Part shown: positions 31,092-43,540 of the stretch, one piece after another
Position numbering within the stretch: the stretch's first letter is position 1
Layout of the letters: the number at the start of each line of letters is the position of its first letter
DNA from: an uncultured delta proteobacterium
GTDB lineage: Bacteria > Myxococcota > Myxococcia > SLRQ01
Direction of reading: 5' to 3'
Assembly (NCBI GenBank): GCA_963727485.1
Contig: CAVSGM010000011.1
Span: forward strand, 160,001 to 224,000
DNA length: 64,000 bases
Made by a program: the position numbers and the translations under genes
Notes under the pieces: model-generated
Told to the model about the DNA's origin: nothing
The model's input: the letters and a program-made list of their open reading frames with translations, nothing else
Databases searched by the model: none

Positions 31092-31520
31092 CTACGCCGG
31101 CATCGCCACCTCGTCGAGGACGTGGATCACGCCGTTGCCCGCCTCGATGTCGGCGCGGGTGACGTGGGCCTTGTCGATGCCCACCTTCCCGTCCTTCACG
31201 TGGAGGGTGAACTCCTTGCCCGAAGCGGTCTTCACGTGGCTGCCGTCCTTCATCTTGGAGGCCTCCTTGCCCGTCACCTTGCCGTTGACCACGTGGTAGA
31301 GCAGCAGGGACTTCAGCTTCGCCTTGTCCTTGAGGAGGGCGTCGAGCTGGTTCTTGGGGATCTTGGCGAAGGCCGCGTCGTTGGGGGCGAAGACGGTGAA
31401 CGGCCCCTTGCCCTTCAGGGTGTCGGTGAGCCCGGCCTCCTGGATCGCGGTGAGCAGGGTCTTGAAGCTCCCGGCGTCCTTCGCGGTTCCGATGATGTCC
31501 TTCATGGATCTCTTCCTCAT
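31092..31520 (-). CDS. Fasciclin (FAS1) domain protein
   Basis: GPFTVFAPNDAAF, LLYHVV, NGVIHVLD. Confidence 0.95.
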   Translation of the reverse strand: MRKRSMKDIIGTAKDAGSFKTLLTAIQEAGLTDTLKGKGPFTVFAPNDAAFAKIPKNQLDALLKDKAKLKSLLLYHVVNGKVTGKEASKMKDGSHVKTASGKEFTLHVKDGKVGIDKAHVTRADIEAGNGVIHVLDEVAMPA

Positions 31521-31607
31521 GCACCCCGGGAAAGGAGGCGCGGGACGGACGGGGTGCGATGCGGCCGCCTTCGGCCACGCTCCCGTCCCGCGCGCGAACG
31601 CTTGCGA

Positions 31608-32144
31608 TCAGGACTGGCTGGGGCCGAGGGCGCGCTCCACCGCGCGGACGAGCCCGTCGGGGGGCGCGTCGCCGGTCAGCGGCCCGGAGGCGGCCCAGAG
31701 GACGTTCCCCTCCCGGTCGACGAGGAGGACATAGATGGCGTCCTCGTCGCCCAGGCCGAGGGCGGCCCGGAACTTCGCCTTGTCGAGGTAGAGGGTGATG
31801 GTCCGGGCCCGGGCGTCGGGCCCGGTGATGCCGCCGCGCATGCCGCTGTCGATGAAGAACTGGAGGAACGCGGGCAAGGCGCTGAGGGTGGGCAGCTCGT
31901 ACCACTCGAGGCCGGGGTGGGCCTCGGTGAGGGCCATGGCCGCCGGCGCCCAGGTGTCGACCTCGGCCTGCTGCTCCCGCTGGAAGGCGACGAAGAGGAG
32001 GTTCACCTGGCCGTCGAGGCCCCCGGGGAGGGTGATCGCCCGGCCGTCGAGGCGCTTGGCCTGGACCTCCGGAAACCGGCCGTTTCCGCCGGCGAGATCG
32101 AGCACGGTCAGCGCCCCGAGCAGCAGGGCGAGCAGTGTGGACAT
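31608..32144 (-). CDS. Thioredoxin-fold ATP10-like protein
   Basis: FP...LDGRAITLP, VAFQREQQAEVDTW, FIDSGMRGGI, LLVDREG. Confidence 0.7.
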   Translation of the reverse strand: MSTLLALLLGALTVLDLAGGNGRFPEVQAKRLDGRAITLPGGLDGQVNLLFVAFQREQQAEVDTWAPAAMALTEAHPGLEWYELPTLSALPAFLQFFIDSGMRGGITGPDARARTITLYLDKAKFRAALGLGDEDAIYVLLVDREGNVLWAASGPLTGDAPPDGLVRAVERALGPSQS

Positions 32145-32270
32145 CGGACTTCCCCCCGTGAGCGGAGGCCTTGAAGGCCCGTCCGGCTCGGGGAGGAGTC
32201 TAGGCCCGGCGCCTGCCCCCACCAGAGGAGGACACGCCCCGGACCAGTGTGCCCCACCCGGCGGGCGGGG

Positions 32271-33882
<1,612 letters not shown>

Positions 33883-33917
33883 GGCGCTCGGTGGGTCGCA
33901 CGAGGCGGCAGGCGGTG

Positions 33918-35468
33918 TCAACGCCCGGGCGGGGTCGCCGGGAGGACCAGGGCCAGGGTGACCCCGTCGTCGGAGGGCTCGAGGACCGCCTCGCCGCCGA
34001 GGGTCTCCATCAGCCGGCGCACCACCGGGAGGCCCAGGCCCGTGCCCCCGGGGCGGGTGGTGAAGAAGGGCTCGAAGACCCGGTCCCGGTCGGCCTCGGG
34101 GATCGCCGGGCCGTCGTTGTGGATCCGGATCCGGTAGCCCGGGGGCGCGCCCCGGAGCGAGACGGTGACCTGGCCGTCGTCGGGGACGTGGACCAGGGCG
34201 TTGACCACCGTGTTGACCACCGCCCGTCGGAGGAGGTCGGGGTCGGTGGGGAGCCGGGGGAGCTCGGGCTCGAGAAAGAGGTCCACCCGGGCGCGCCGGG
34301 TCCCGACCTGGGGATCGAGGCGCGCCGCCGCCACCGCCTGGCGCACCACCCGGGCGAGATCGGTGGGGCGCAGGTCGACCTGGCCGGTGCGGGCGAAGTC
34401 GAGGAGGTCGGCGACCAGGCGCTCGAGGCGCTCGGTCTCGGCCTGGAGCGTCTCCACCAACGGCGCCACCGGGGCCTCGGTCACCAGCTTCCGGCGCAGG
34501 GCCTCGAGGGTGTTGGCGATGACCGCCAGCGGGTTTCGCACCTCGTGGGCCAGCACCGCCGCCATCTGCCCCAGCCCCGCCAGCCGCGCCTGCTGGGCCA
34601 CCTGGGCCTGGAGCTGCCCCAGGCGCAGGGCGGCGCCGATCTGGGCGGCGATGAGCTGCACCGCCACGAAGTCGTGCTCGGTGAGGTCCCGGCCGGTGAC
34701 CGCCAGGTGGTGGGTGACGCGGCCCGCGGTCTTGATGGGCACCCAGGCGCTGCGGATGAGCCGGGCCTCGGTCAGGCTGCGCGATACCCGGACCGCGTCC
34801 TTCACCGGGGTCCCCAGGACCTCGGGGACGTTGGAGAGGAAGATCCCCTGGCGGGTGCGCACCACCTCGGCGAGGACCGGCGTCTCCTCGAGGGGCAGGA
34901 ACCGGTCGACGAGGCTGCGGCCGTACTCACCGACCGGGTCGCCCTCGGGGGCGGCGAGCATCCTGCGGGTCACCGACCCCCCCTCGACCACCTCGGTGAA
35001 GGCGGCGCGCCAGCCGAGGGCCGCGAAGAGGGGCTCGCAGCGATCGAGGACGGCGTCGGCGGAGGCCATCGGCGCCCCGGCGGAGAGGTCGGCGAAGCGG
35101 GCCATCAGCCCCTCGGCGCGCTCGATCTCGGTGACGTCCCGGGCGGAGAGGACCAGCACCTGGTGGCCGTCCTCGTCCTCGGCGTAGCCGAAGCGCACGT
35201 CGGTGGCGATCGTCTCCCCGGGACCCCGGAGGAAGCGCAGGCGGCAGGTCTGGGGGATGTCCCAGCCGGCGGCGCGCTGGGTCTCCAGGGTGGCCAGGCG
35301 CGCGCGCTCCCCGGGGGCCAGGAGCCCGTCGAGGCGCAGGTGGGCGCCGGAGACCTCCCGGCCCAGGAGGCGCGCCGCGGCGGCGTTGCCCCACGCCACC
35401 TCCTCGTCCCGGACCAGGAGTACGGCGTCCGAGAGCGCGTCCAGGTACCTCGACTCGAGCTGCATCAT
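33918..35468 (-). CDS. PAS/GAF sensor histidine kinase
   Basis: [30 protein letters not shown]. Confidence 0.92.
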   Translation of the reverse strand: MMQLESRYLDALSDAVLLVRDEEVAWGNAAAARLLGREVSGAHLRLDGLLAPGERARLATLETQRAAGWDIPQTCRLRFLRGPGETIATDVRFGYAEDEDGHQVLVLSARDVTEIERAEGLMARFADLSAGAPMASADAVLDRCEPLFAALGWRAAFTEVVEGGSVTRRMLAAPEGDPVGEYGRSLVDRFLPLEETPVLAEVVRTRQGIFLSNVPEVLGTPVKDAVRVSRSLTEARLIRSAWVPIKTAGRVTHHLAVTGRDLTEHDFVAVQLIAAQIGAALRLGQLQAQVAQQARLAGLGQMAAVLAHEVRNPLAVIANTLEALRRKLVTEAPVAPLVETLQAETERLERLVADLLDFARTGQVDLRPTDLARVVRQAVAAARLDPQVGTRRARVDLFLEPELPRLPTDPDLLRRAVVNTVVNALVHVPDDGQVTVSLRGAPPGYRIRIHNDGPAIPEADRDRVFEPFFTTRPGGTGLGLPVVRRLMETLGGEAVLEPSDDGVTLALVLPATPPGR

Positions 35469-35645
35469 CCCCCCGGCCGGGCCGGCGGCCCATCAAGGAC
35501 AGTCTAGCCAACCCCCAGGGCCGCCACCACCCGCCCCGGCGTCGACGCCGAGGGGGGCACATTTCCCCGCCCGGACGCCCCCCGGGGAATGACTCACCGC
35601 GTCGAAGCGGTTGAAACCCGGACCCTATCTGGACTAGGAAGCCGC

Positions 35646-37253
35646 ATGCCCAACCTCACCGTCAGCAACGTCTCCAAGGCCTACGGCGCCAAGAAGCTCT
35701 TCGAAGAGGTGAACGTCGTGTTCACCGAGGGCCGCCGCTACGGCCTCACCGGCCCCAACGGCGCGGGCAAGTCGACGTTCATGAAGATCCTCTCGGGGGA
35801 CCTGGAGCCGGACACCGGCCACATCTCCCGCCCCAAGCGCACCAGCGTCCTGGAGCAGGACCAGTTCGCCTACGAGGCCCACCGGGTCATCGACGTGGTG
35901 ATGATGGGCAACCGCGTCCTCTGGGAGGCGATGCAGGAGAAGGAGCATCTCCTGGAGAAGGACCCCCTCACCGACGAGGACGGGATGCGCCTCGGGGAGC
36001 TCGAGGGGACCATCGCCGAGGAGGACGGCTACACCGCCGAGGCCGAGGCCGGTGAGCTCCTCGAGGGCCTGGGGCTGCCCACCAGCGAGCACGAGAAGAC
36101 GATGAAGGAGATCACCGGCGGCTACAAGCTGCGGGTGCTCTTGGCCAAGGCCCTCTTCGGCCGGCCCCAGGCGCTCCTCCTCGACGAGCCCACCAACAAC
36201 CTCGACCTCGACTCCATCGCCTGGCTCGAGCACTTCCTGCGCAGCTACGACGGCGTGCTCATCACCATCTCCCACGATCGCCACTTCCTCAACCAGGTCT
36301 CCACGCACACCGCCGACATCGATTACGAGTCGATCATCGTCTACACCGGCGGCTACGACGAGATGATCATGGCCAAGGCGCAGATCCGCTCCAAGGTCGA
36401 GTCGGACAACTCCGAGAAGCAGAAGAAGGTCGCCCAGCTCAACGAGTTCATCGCCAAGTTCTCCGCGGGCACCCGCGCCAGCCAGGTCCAGAGCCGGCGC
36501 AAGCAGCTCGAAAAGCTCAAGATGTCGGACCTCAAGCGGTCCAACATCGCCCGGCCCTTCATCCGCTTCGACGTCAAGCGCCCCTCGGGCAAGCAGGTGG
36601 TCACCTTCGACGGGGTGAGCAAGCGCTGGCCCGACTGCCGGGTCTGCGACGACCTCCACGCGGTGATCACCCGGGGTGAGAAGGTGGCGGTCATCGGCCA
36701 CAACGGCGTGGGCAAGAGCACCCTGTGCAAGCTCCTGGTCGACGACCTCACCCCCGACGAGGGCGAGGTGAAGTGGGGCCACGCGGTGAGCGTCGGCTAC
36801 CTCGCCCAGGATCACCGGGACTCCATCCCCGACGGCACCACCGCCGCCGAGTACCTCCACTCCTTCGACGAGAAGGCCGACAACCAGGCCATCCGCGGGC
36901 TCCTGGGGCGGATGCTGTTCAAGGGCGAGGAGGGGCTCAAGCCCACCGAGGCCCTCTCCGGGGGCGAGGCGGTGCGCCTGATCTTCTCCCGGCTGATGCT
37001 CACCGGCGACAACGTCCTGGTCCTCGACGAGCCCACCAACCACCTCGACCTGGAGTCGATCATCGCCCTCGGCGACGCCCTCGAGCGCTACGAGGGGACC
37101 GCCTTCGTGGTGAGCCACGACCGGGACCTCATCTCCAGCTTCGCGACGAGGCTCTTCGTGTTCACCAACCAGGGGCTCGTCGACTTCCGCGGCAGCTACG
37201 AGGAGTACGTGGAGAAGATGGGCGGCGACGAGCTGGTGCGCGCCGCCCACTAG
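35646..37253 (+). CDS. ABC-F family ATPase (YbiT/YkpA-like)
   Basis: Two nucleotide-binding domains: GPNGAGKST/LDEPTN and GHNGVGKST/LSGGE/LDEPTNH; no TM segments. Confidence 0.95.
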   Translation: MPNLTVSNVSKAYGAKKLFEEVNVVFTEGRRYGLTGPNGAGKSTFMKILSGDLEPDTGHISRPKRTSVLEQDQFAYEAHRVIDVVMMGNRVLWEAMQEKEHLLEKDPLTDEDGMRLGELEGTIAEEDGYTAEAEAGELLEGLGLPTSEHEKTMKEITGGYKLRVLLAKALFGRPQALLLDEPTNNLDLDSIAWLEHFLRSYDGVLITISHDRHFLNQVSTHTADIDYESIIVYTGGYDEMIMAKAQIRSKVESDNSEKQKKVAQLNEFIAKFSAGTRASQVQSRRKQLEKLKMSDLKRSNIARPFIRFDVKRPSGKQVVTFDGVSKRWPDCRVCDDLHAVITRGEKVAVIGHNGVGKSTLCKLLVDDLTPDEGEVKWGHAVSVGYLAQDHRDSIPDGTTAAEYLHSFDEKADNQAIRGLLGRMLFKGEEGLKPTEALSGGEAVRLIFSRLMLTGDNVLVLDEPTNHLDLESIIALGDALERYEGTAFVVSHDRDLISSFATRLFVFTNQGLVDFRGSYEEYVEKMGGDELVRAAH

Positions 37254-37262
37254 TCGCCGCGG

Positions 37263-37514
37263 TCAGCGCAGCCGGGCCAGGGGCGTCGGGGGCTCGAGGC
37301 AGGGCGTGATGGTGGCCAGGGGCGAGGTCAGGGGCCGGGGCTTCTCGAGCTCCAGGCGTGGCGTCGCCGGGCCCAGGGCCACCGGCACCTCGGTGCGGAC
37401 CACGTCGGTCGTCGCGTCGCTCCGCTGGCCCAGGAAGCGGCCGGCGGAGACCACGAGGGTGGCGGCGAGGAGCAGGGTGGTCAGGGTGGCGAAGAGTGCG
37501 TTGAACACGCGCAT
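37263..37514 (-). CDS. Small hypothetical membrane or secreted protein
   Basis: GGAGG RBS; hydrophobic N-terminus. Confidence 0.55.
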   Translation of the reverse strand: MRVFNALFATLTTLLLAATLVVSAGRFLGQRSDATTDVVRTEVPVALGPATPRLELEKPRPLTSPLATITPCLEPPTPLARLR

Positions 37515-37727
37515 GACATCCTCCGGTTTCGACGCTCGAACCGTCCTACGCGGGGCGGGCCCGCACATTTCGATTCGCTCGATGCCGCCCGCCCGTCACG
37601 CCCCGGAAGCCACCCTGGGGGCCCCGGGTCGGGGCAGGATCGCCCCGGGGAGACAGGCCCCTCCGGGGTGGCGCCGGCGCGCATTTGATTGGCGCTTTCC
37701 CGCCGTTGTGGCTACACGTGTTGCCTG

Positions 37728-38337
37728 ATGCAGCCCCAAGTGCGCCCCCCCAAGGCTCCCAGGGAGAAGGAGTCCCTCGTCACCCGCGCCCTGCGGTTCG
37801 GGCGGAGCCTCGTGGTCGGCGCCGGCGCCACGCTGGCCAATCTCACCACCCTGACCACCCTGGTCGCCGTCTTCCACGTGAGCCCGGAGACGGCGAACGT
37901 GCCGTCGCTCCTGGTGGGCCTGGCGGTGCAGTTCATCGGGGCGCGGCAGTGGGTGTTCAAGGCCGGCGACGGGAGCTTCAGGCGCCACCTTAGCCTCTTC
38001 GTCGTGGTGGAGACCGGCGCCCTGGTCCTCAACGCGGTGATCTTCTGGGCGGCGGTGCGCTACACCCCCGTCCCCTATTGGGCCGCGCGGCCGGTGGGGA
38101 CCTTCCTGGTGTACGTGGGCTTCAGCTACCCCCTGTGGAAGCGGATTCTCCCGGGTGGAGGCGGCCCGGGACCACGACCCCGAGGCGACGGTGGTGACCG
38201 TCCCCGAGGAGGCGGTGCCCCCGGGGGCCGCCTCCGGGGACGGGCCCGCGGCGGGAGCACGCGACCCGTCGGCGGCCTCGGACACCGCCCCGTCCACCGG
38301 GGCGGCCGAGCAGCCCCGGGCCGCCCGGCACGCCTAG
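37728..38337 (+). CDS. GtrA family membrane protein (frameshift ~38150)
   Basis: RFGRSLVVG, QFIGARQWVF, FSYPLWKR. Confidence 0.75.
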
Positions 38338-38343
38338 ACCCGC

Positions 38344-39015
38344 CTATCCAGCCAGGATCACCCGGGCCACCACCCCGAAGTGGCAGAGGCACGCGGCGAT
38401 CACCAGGGCGTGGAAGACCTCGTGGTACCCGAAGGTCCGGGGCAGGGGGTCGGGCCACTGGAGGGCGTAGGTCACCGCCCCCAGGGTGTAGAGGAGCCCC
38501 CCGCCGACGATCAGCGCCACGGCCCCGGCCCCGAGGCTCGCGTAGAGCGCCGGGAGGGCGGCGACGGCGAACCAGCCGAGGGTCACGTAGAGGGACGCGC
38601 GGATCCACCGGGGCGCCCGGTGCCAGAGGAGGCCCACGGTGATCCCGGTGACGGCGCCGGCCCAGATGGCCCAGAGGAACACCCCGCCGCCCCGGCCGCG
38701 CAGGGCCAGGACCGAGAGCGGGGTGAAGGTCCCGGCGATGAAGAGGAAGATGGTGGCGTGGTCGAGGCGGCGCATCCGCCGGAGCGCCCGGGCCGACCAT
38801 TGGGGCCGGTGGTAGAGGGCGCTGATCCCGAACATCGCCGCCAGGGTCACCGCGTAGATGGCGCCGGCGATCCCCGCGCGGGCGTCGGGCGCGCGGGCCA
38901 CCAGCACTCCCCCGCCGACCAGGGCGAAGAAGAAGGCGATCTCGTGGGAGACGCCGCGGAGGCGGGGCTTGCCCCGGGGCAGGGTGGTGGTGGCCATGGC
39001 TTCAAGGTAGGCCAC
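38344..39015 (-). CDS. Hemolysin III/PAQR family membrane protein
   Basis: SALYH, RRLDHATIFLFIAGTFTP, GYHEVFH. Confidence 0.95.
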   Translation of the reverse strand: MAYLEAMATTTLPRGKPRLRGVSHEIAFFFALVGGGVLVARAPDARAGIAGAIYAVTLAAMFGISALYHRPQWSARALRRMRRLDHATIFLFIAGTFTPLSVLALRGRGGGVFLWAIWAGAVTGITVGLLWHRAPRWIRASLYVTLGWFAVAALPALYASLGAGAVALIVGGGLLYTLGAVTYALQWPDPLPRTFGYHEVFHALVIAACLCHFGVVARVILAG

Positions 39016-39056
39016 CGTGCGTCAGGGCGGGGTCACGAGGTGGTCACGCCTGCGGG

Positions 39057-39296
39057 TCAGAAGTGGAGCACCCCGAAGCGCCGGAGCAGGATCACCGCGG
39101 TGGCCGCCAGCAGCCCGATGACGATGCCGATCTCCAGGGCCCGGAGGCCCCCGCCGGCCTTCTTCTTCTTGGGCCCGGCGCCCACGACGCGCTTGAGGCC
39201 GCCGCGCATGCCCAGCATCATCCCCCGGGCCTGGCCGCCGCCCTCGCCGCTGCCGTGGCGCTTCTTGCGCTTCTTGGTGCCCCGCTTCTTGGACAT
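39057..39296 (-). CDS. Small basic protein with a C-terminal TM segment
   Basis: GGAGG RBS; Lys/Arg-rich region followed by a hydrophobic tail. Confidence 0.65.
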   Translation of the reverse strand: MSKKRGTKKRKKRHGSGEGGGQARGMMLGMRGGLKRVVGAGPKKKKAGGGLRALEIGIVIGLLAATAVILLRRFGVLHF

Positions 39297-39354
39297 GGTG
39301 CCTCCGGGCGGGACCTTGCCCCGCCGGCCCCCGGGGATCAAGGCTGGTGTCAGA

Positions 39355-39624
39355 ATGGCGATGGGCTCTGGCGGGTTCCTGCAGGCCAAGGACATCATGA
39401 AGGACATGGCCCGGCAGACGTCCGAGTCCCGCGGCTACGACCTGTCCACCGAGGCGGTGATGATGCTCGGCATCTACGCCCTCCTCACCGTCGGCGGCCT
39501 CTTCACCCAGGTGCTGGGGGCGGCCCTCGTGGACCTCTGGCTGGTCTCCCGGGTGCGCCAGGACCTGATCTTCGCCCGGCGCTTCGGCCCCAACCCCTTC
39601 GACGCGCCCGCCGCGCCGCTGTAG
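39355..39624 (+). CDS. Small membrane protein, possibly a fragment
   Basis: GC3-rich codons and one hydrophobic segment. Confidence 0.5.
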   Translation: MAMGSGGFLQAKDIMKDMARQTSESRGYDLSTEAVMMLGIYALLTVGGLFTQVLGAALVDLWLVSRVRQDLIFARRFGPNPFDAPAAPL

Positions 39625-39634
39625 CCTGGAGGAC

Positions 39635-40495
39635 ATGGCGTCCCCCCCGCGGATCGCGGTCATCGGCCACGTGGAGCACATCACCCTGGGCCGGGTCGAT
39701 CGGCTCCCCGACACCGGCGAGATCGTCCACCTCGAGGACGCGGTGGTCTTCCCCGGCGGCGGCGGGGGCGTGGCCTTCTGGCAGCTGGTCCACGGGCCCG
39801 GCGCCGTGGAGCTGTTCACCGCCCTTGGCGACGACGACGCGGGCCGGGTGGTCGCCGCCCGCCTCGGCCCCACCGGCGCCACCGTCCACGCCGCCCGCCG
39901 CGCCGGGGCCCACACCCGGGACCTGGTGATGGTCACCCCCGACGGCGAGCGGACCATCGTCGTGGTCGGCTGGCCGCTGCACCCGGAGCGCGCCGACGAC
40001 CTCCCCTGGGACCGCCTCGCCGCCTGCGACGCCGCCTACTTCACCGCCCAGGATCCGGGGGCCCTCGTCGCCGCCCGGGCGGCGCGGCGCCTGGTGGTCA
40101 GCAGCCGCCGCCAGGTGGCCCTGCGCCGGGCCGGGGTCGAGGCCGACGTGGTGGTGGGCAGCGCCGTCGACCGGGTCGAGGCCTGCGCCCTGGTCGACTT
40201 CCCGGTGCCGCCCCGGGCCCTGGTGATGACCGAGGGCCCCGAGGGCGGCTACGTGGAGACCGACGCCGGCACCGAGCGCTTCGAGGCCCCGCGCCTCCGG
40301 GGCCCGGTGCAGGCGGCCTACGGCGCCGGGGACAGCTTCGCCGGGGCCCTGACCTTCTACCTCGCCTGCGGGCTCCCGGTGATCGAGGCCTGCCGCCGCG
40401 CGACGGAGCACGGGGCCGCGGTCCTCGCCGGCGCCGGCGACGATCCCCTCGCCCGCCAGAAGCCCCTGCCCTGGCCGGTCACCGCCTCGCGGTGA
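39635..40495 (+). CDS. PfkB family carbohydrate kinase
   Basis: PGGGG, GDDDAG, YGAGDSFAGA. Confidence 0.9.
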   Translation: MASPPRIAVIGHVEHITLGRVDRLPDTGEIVHLEDAVVFPGGGGGVAFWQLVHGPGAVELFTALGDDDAGRVVAARLGPTGATVHAARRAGAHTRDLVMVTPDGERTIVVVGWPLHPERADDLPWDRLAACDAAYFTAQDPGALVAARAARRLVVSSRRQVALRRAGVEADVVVGSAVDRVEACALVDFPVPPRALVMTEGPEGGYVETDAGTERFEAPRLRGPVQAAYGAGDSFAGALTFYLACGLPVIEACRRATEHGAAVLAGAGDDPLARQKPLPWPVTASR

Positions 40496-41816
40496 GGATC
40501 GCCGGGACTCCGTCCCGGGGGCGCAGGGTGACGCTCGCCAGGGTGCGGATGGTGTGGTCCGGGGCGAGGCCCACCCGGAAGCGCTGGAGCACCGACGCCA
40601 GGATCAGGGTGGCCTCCACCAAGGCGAAGCGCTCGCCGATGCACAGGCGCTGGCCGCCGCCGAAAGGGAAATAGGCGAAGCGCGCCATCGCCGCCTCGCC
40701 CTCGGGGAGGAAGCGGTCGGGATCGAAGCGCAGGGGGTGGGGGTGGAAGCGCCGATCCCGGTGGACGATCCACTGGGACATCACCACCTGGGCCCCGCGG
40801 GGGAGCCGGTGCCCGCCGATCTCCACGTCCTCGGTGGCCTCCCGGCCGATGGCCCACACCGGCGGGTAGAGGCGCATGCCCTCCTTCACCGCGCGGGTCA
40901 CCGGGGCCAGGCGCTCGAGGTCGTCCACCGTCGGGGGCCGGTCGCCGAGGACCGCGCGGACCTCCTCGGCGAGGCCCGCTTCGAGCTCCGGGTGGCGGGC
41001 GAGGAGGACCAGGGTCCAGGTCAGGGCCACCGCGGTGGTCTCGTGGCCGGCGCTGAAGAGGGTGAGGACCTCGTCCCGGAGCTGCCGGTCGCTCATGCCC
41101 TGGCCGTCGCCCTCGTCCCGGGCGTCGAGGAGGACCTGGAGCAGATCGTCCTGGGAGGTGGGGGCGCGGCGCCGGGCCTCGATGAGGCGGTAGACGATCC
41201 GGTCGAGCTCGGCGACGGCCTCCCGGCGCTTGAGGTGGCTCGGGGTGGGCACCCACACCGGGAGGTGCACCGGGCTGGCGAGGTAGGCGGCGAAGCCCTC
41301 CATGAGCCGGGCGATGGCGGCGCCCACCCGCGGCGTGTCCTCGCCCACCTCGGCGCCGAAGAGGGTCCGGGCGACGATGTCCAGGGTGAGCTCGGCCAGG
41401 GCCGCGTGGAGGTCGAGGCGCTGCCCGTCGCGCCAGGTGGCGAGCATCGCCTCGGTGCGCGCGCCCATCACCCGGGTGTAGGCGGCGATCCGCGCCTTGT
41501 GGAAGGCGGGCTGCATCAGCCGTCGCTGGCGCAGCCACAGGTCGCCCTCGCTGGTGACCAGGCCGTCGCCGAGGGCGTGGCGGAGGTAGCGGGTGTCCAG
41601 GCTCTTCACGAAGTGGCGGTTCCGGGTGACCAGGACCTCCTGGATGAGCGCCGGGTGGCTCACCAGGAACACCGGGACCCCCGGGACCTGGAGGCGCACC
41701 AGGTCGCCGTGGCGGCTGGCGATGCCCTGGAGGAAGCCCGGCGGGTCGTCCCGGAAGAGGACCAGGCGCTTGAGTCGGGTGACGAGGCCGAGCCGAGGGA
41801 CCGCCGCGGGGTTCAT
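40479..41816 (-). CDS. Cytochrome P450
   Basis: AGHETT, EGMRLYPP, FDPDRF, FGGGQRLCIG. Confidence 0.97.
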   Translation of the reverse strand: MNPAAVPRLGLVTRLKRLVLFRDDPPGFLQGIASRHGDLVRLQVPGVPVFLVSHPALIQEVLVTRNRHFVKSLDTRYLRHALGDGLVTSEGDLWLRQRRLMQPAFHKARIAAYTRVMGARTEAMLATWRDGQRLDLHAALAELTLDIVARTLFGAEVGEDTPRVGAAIARLMEGFAAYLASPVHLPVWVPTPSHLKRREAVAELDRIVYRLIEARRRAPTSQDDLLQVLLDARDEGDGQGMSDRQLRDEVLTLFSAGHETTAVALTWTLVLLARHPELEAGLAEEVRAVLGDRPPTVDDLERLAPVTRAVKEGMRLYPPVWAIGREATEDVEIGGHRLPRGAQVVMSQWIVHRDRRFHPHPLRFDPDRFLPEGEAAMARFAYFPFGGGQRLCIGERFALVEATLILASVLQRFRVGLAPDHTIRTLASVTLRPRDGVPAILTARR

Positions 41817-41908
41817 GGGGCCAGCATGGACCAGCCGGTGAGGCGCCGCCAGAATCCGGCACGCCGGTCCCTTGGGGGCTTCTTCGGGGCGGCCGGGAGG
41901 CGAGGGGC

Positions 41909-42685
41909 TCACCGCGTGGCGTTCCGGACGGCGGCGAGGTCCGCCTGGCAGGCGGCGTCGAAGCCCAGGGTCGGCGAGGTGTGGGCCGCCAGCCGGCGGG
42001 CGACGCGCAGGGGCACGGCCTCGCCGCGGGTGGCCCAGTACATCACGCAGTACGGGGAGGCGTCGTGGTGCGGGTGGTCCGGGTCCTCGTGGTCGGTGAC
42101 CATGGGGACGCCGAGGTTCACCAGCCCCAGGAGGTGGCCGGTCTCGTGGGTCCACACCCACAGCTCGGTGCCCGCGCACACGGCCTCCCGCTGGTCCGGG
42201 TCGGTCACCCGGGCGCAGGTGTCGGCGACGGTCTCGGCGAAGACGGCGATGGTGGAGTGGCCCCAGGCGAGGCCCAGGGTCTCGTTGCCGGGGACGTCGC
42301 CCTCGTCGTGGCCGTCGACGAAGAGCACGTGCATCTTCACGGTGTCGGCGGCGACGCGGCAATCGTCGGTGGCGTCGGCGAGGGCCGCGAGCTCGTCGAA
42401 GGTCCAGGCGTGGTCCGAGCCGGCCGCGGCCAGGGTGCCGTCGAGGACGGCCTCGATGCCCCCGGGCTTGTCCAGGAGCGGGTCGAGGCCGAGGACCAGG
42501 TCCCGGGCGGTGGTCGCCCGGGGCTCGAAGCCGGGGACCGCGTCGACCTCGATGACCAGCCGGCTGTAGCGGTCGGCGCGCACGTAGTCCCCGACGCGCG
42601 CCGCGCCGCTCGCCCCCGACCCGGCCCCGGGACCGCAGGCCGAAAGGCCAACCAGGAGAAGTACCGCCATCCGGGTCCGAGCCAT
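41909..42685 (-). CDS. Zinc metalloprotease-like lipoprotein
   Basis: Lipobox LSAC; HETGHLLGLVN; CVMY Met-turn. Confidence 0.85.
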   Translation of the reverse strand: MARTRMAVLLLVGLSACGPGAGSGASGAARVGDYVRADRYSRLVIEVDAVPGFEPRATTARDLVLGLDPLLDKPGGIEAVLDGTLAAAGSDHAWTFDELAALADATDDCRVAADTVKMHVLFVDGHDEGDVPGNETLGLAWGHSTIAVFAETVADTCARVTDPDQREAVCAGTELWVWTHETGHLLGLVNLGVPMVTDHEDPDHPHHDASPYCVMYWATRGEAVPLRVARRLAAHTSPTLGFDAACQADLAAVRNATR

Positions 42686-43017
42686 CGTTCCCCCGCTACC
42701 ACCGCCAGCCTAGGCTCCCGGTGGCCCCGCTGCACCGGTGGGTGTCTTCCCCTGGGGTCGCGCCGGGCAAAGCCTGCGTGGGTCCCGCCGCGCCGGCGTG
42801 AAGGCTGCGGTGCCGCGGCGCCCGGATCTCACGCATTCTCCACGGGTCCAGGCGTCTGGCGCGCTGGCACGGGGCTGGCACTCGACCAGAGGAGGTGTCC
42901 CCGCCTGGCCGCATGGCCGGGTGGCTGGGCGCCCACGGGCCTCGCACTTCGGGGGGAGTCGCGGGGCCCGTGCTCGTCCGCCTCACGGGGCCGTCGGCGG
43001 GCCCGGCCCGCCCGGGC

Positions 43018-43500
43018 TCACGGCGCCACGCAGGTGGCGGTGCCCGAGCTGTCGTCGCAGGTGCCGTTCTCCTTGCAGGGCCCGAGCTGGGGGCACCACT
43101 GGCCGTCGACGCAGCCCTGGCTCACCGACACGGTCCGCCCGTCGCAGGCGAGCATCTCCGGGTGGCCGTCGGGGTTGCACCAGCCGAGGGTGGTGGCGCC
43201 CGACGGGGGGCAGGCGTCGCGGTCGGCGTCGCCCTGCACCTCGCAGCTCAGGGTGTCGCCGGAGACCGAGCACCCGCCGGCGCAGTGGACCTTCCGGTAG
43301 ACCCGGTCCTGGCAGTTGCCGGCGCCATAGCAGGCGTCGGTGAGCTCGCAGTCGAGGGCGTAGCCGCCCGAGAGGCACTTGGCGCCGGAGGTGCACTTGG
43401 CGCCCTCGGCGGGCGGGGGCTGGGGGGCGCCACACCCGGCGAGGGCGAGGGCGGCGGCCCCGAGGAGGGCGGCGAGGGCGGCGGGACGCATGGGCCGCAT
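43018..43500 (-). CDS. Cys-rich lipoprotein
   Basis: Lipobox LAGC; many cysteines. Confidence 0.75.
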   Translation of the reverse strand: MRPMRPAALAALLGAAALALAGCGAPQPPPAEGAKCTSGAKCLSGGYALDCELTDACYGAGNCQDRVYRKVHCAGGCSVSGDTLSCEVQGDADRDACPPSGATTLGWCNPDGHPEMLACDGRTVSVSQGCVDGQWCPQLGPCKENGTCDDSSGTATCVAP

Positions 43501-43540
43501 GGTACCCGAAACCGGCCGGGGCCCGCCTTACGCCGGTCGC

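Noticed and set aside
42866..42881. Sigma54-like promoter TGGCAC-N5-TGGCA
   Set aside because: It points along the + strand into the 3' end of a minus-strand gene, with no credible downstream ORF.
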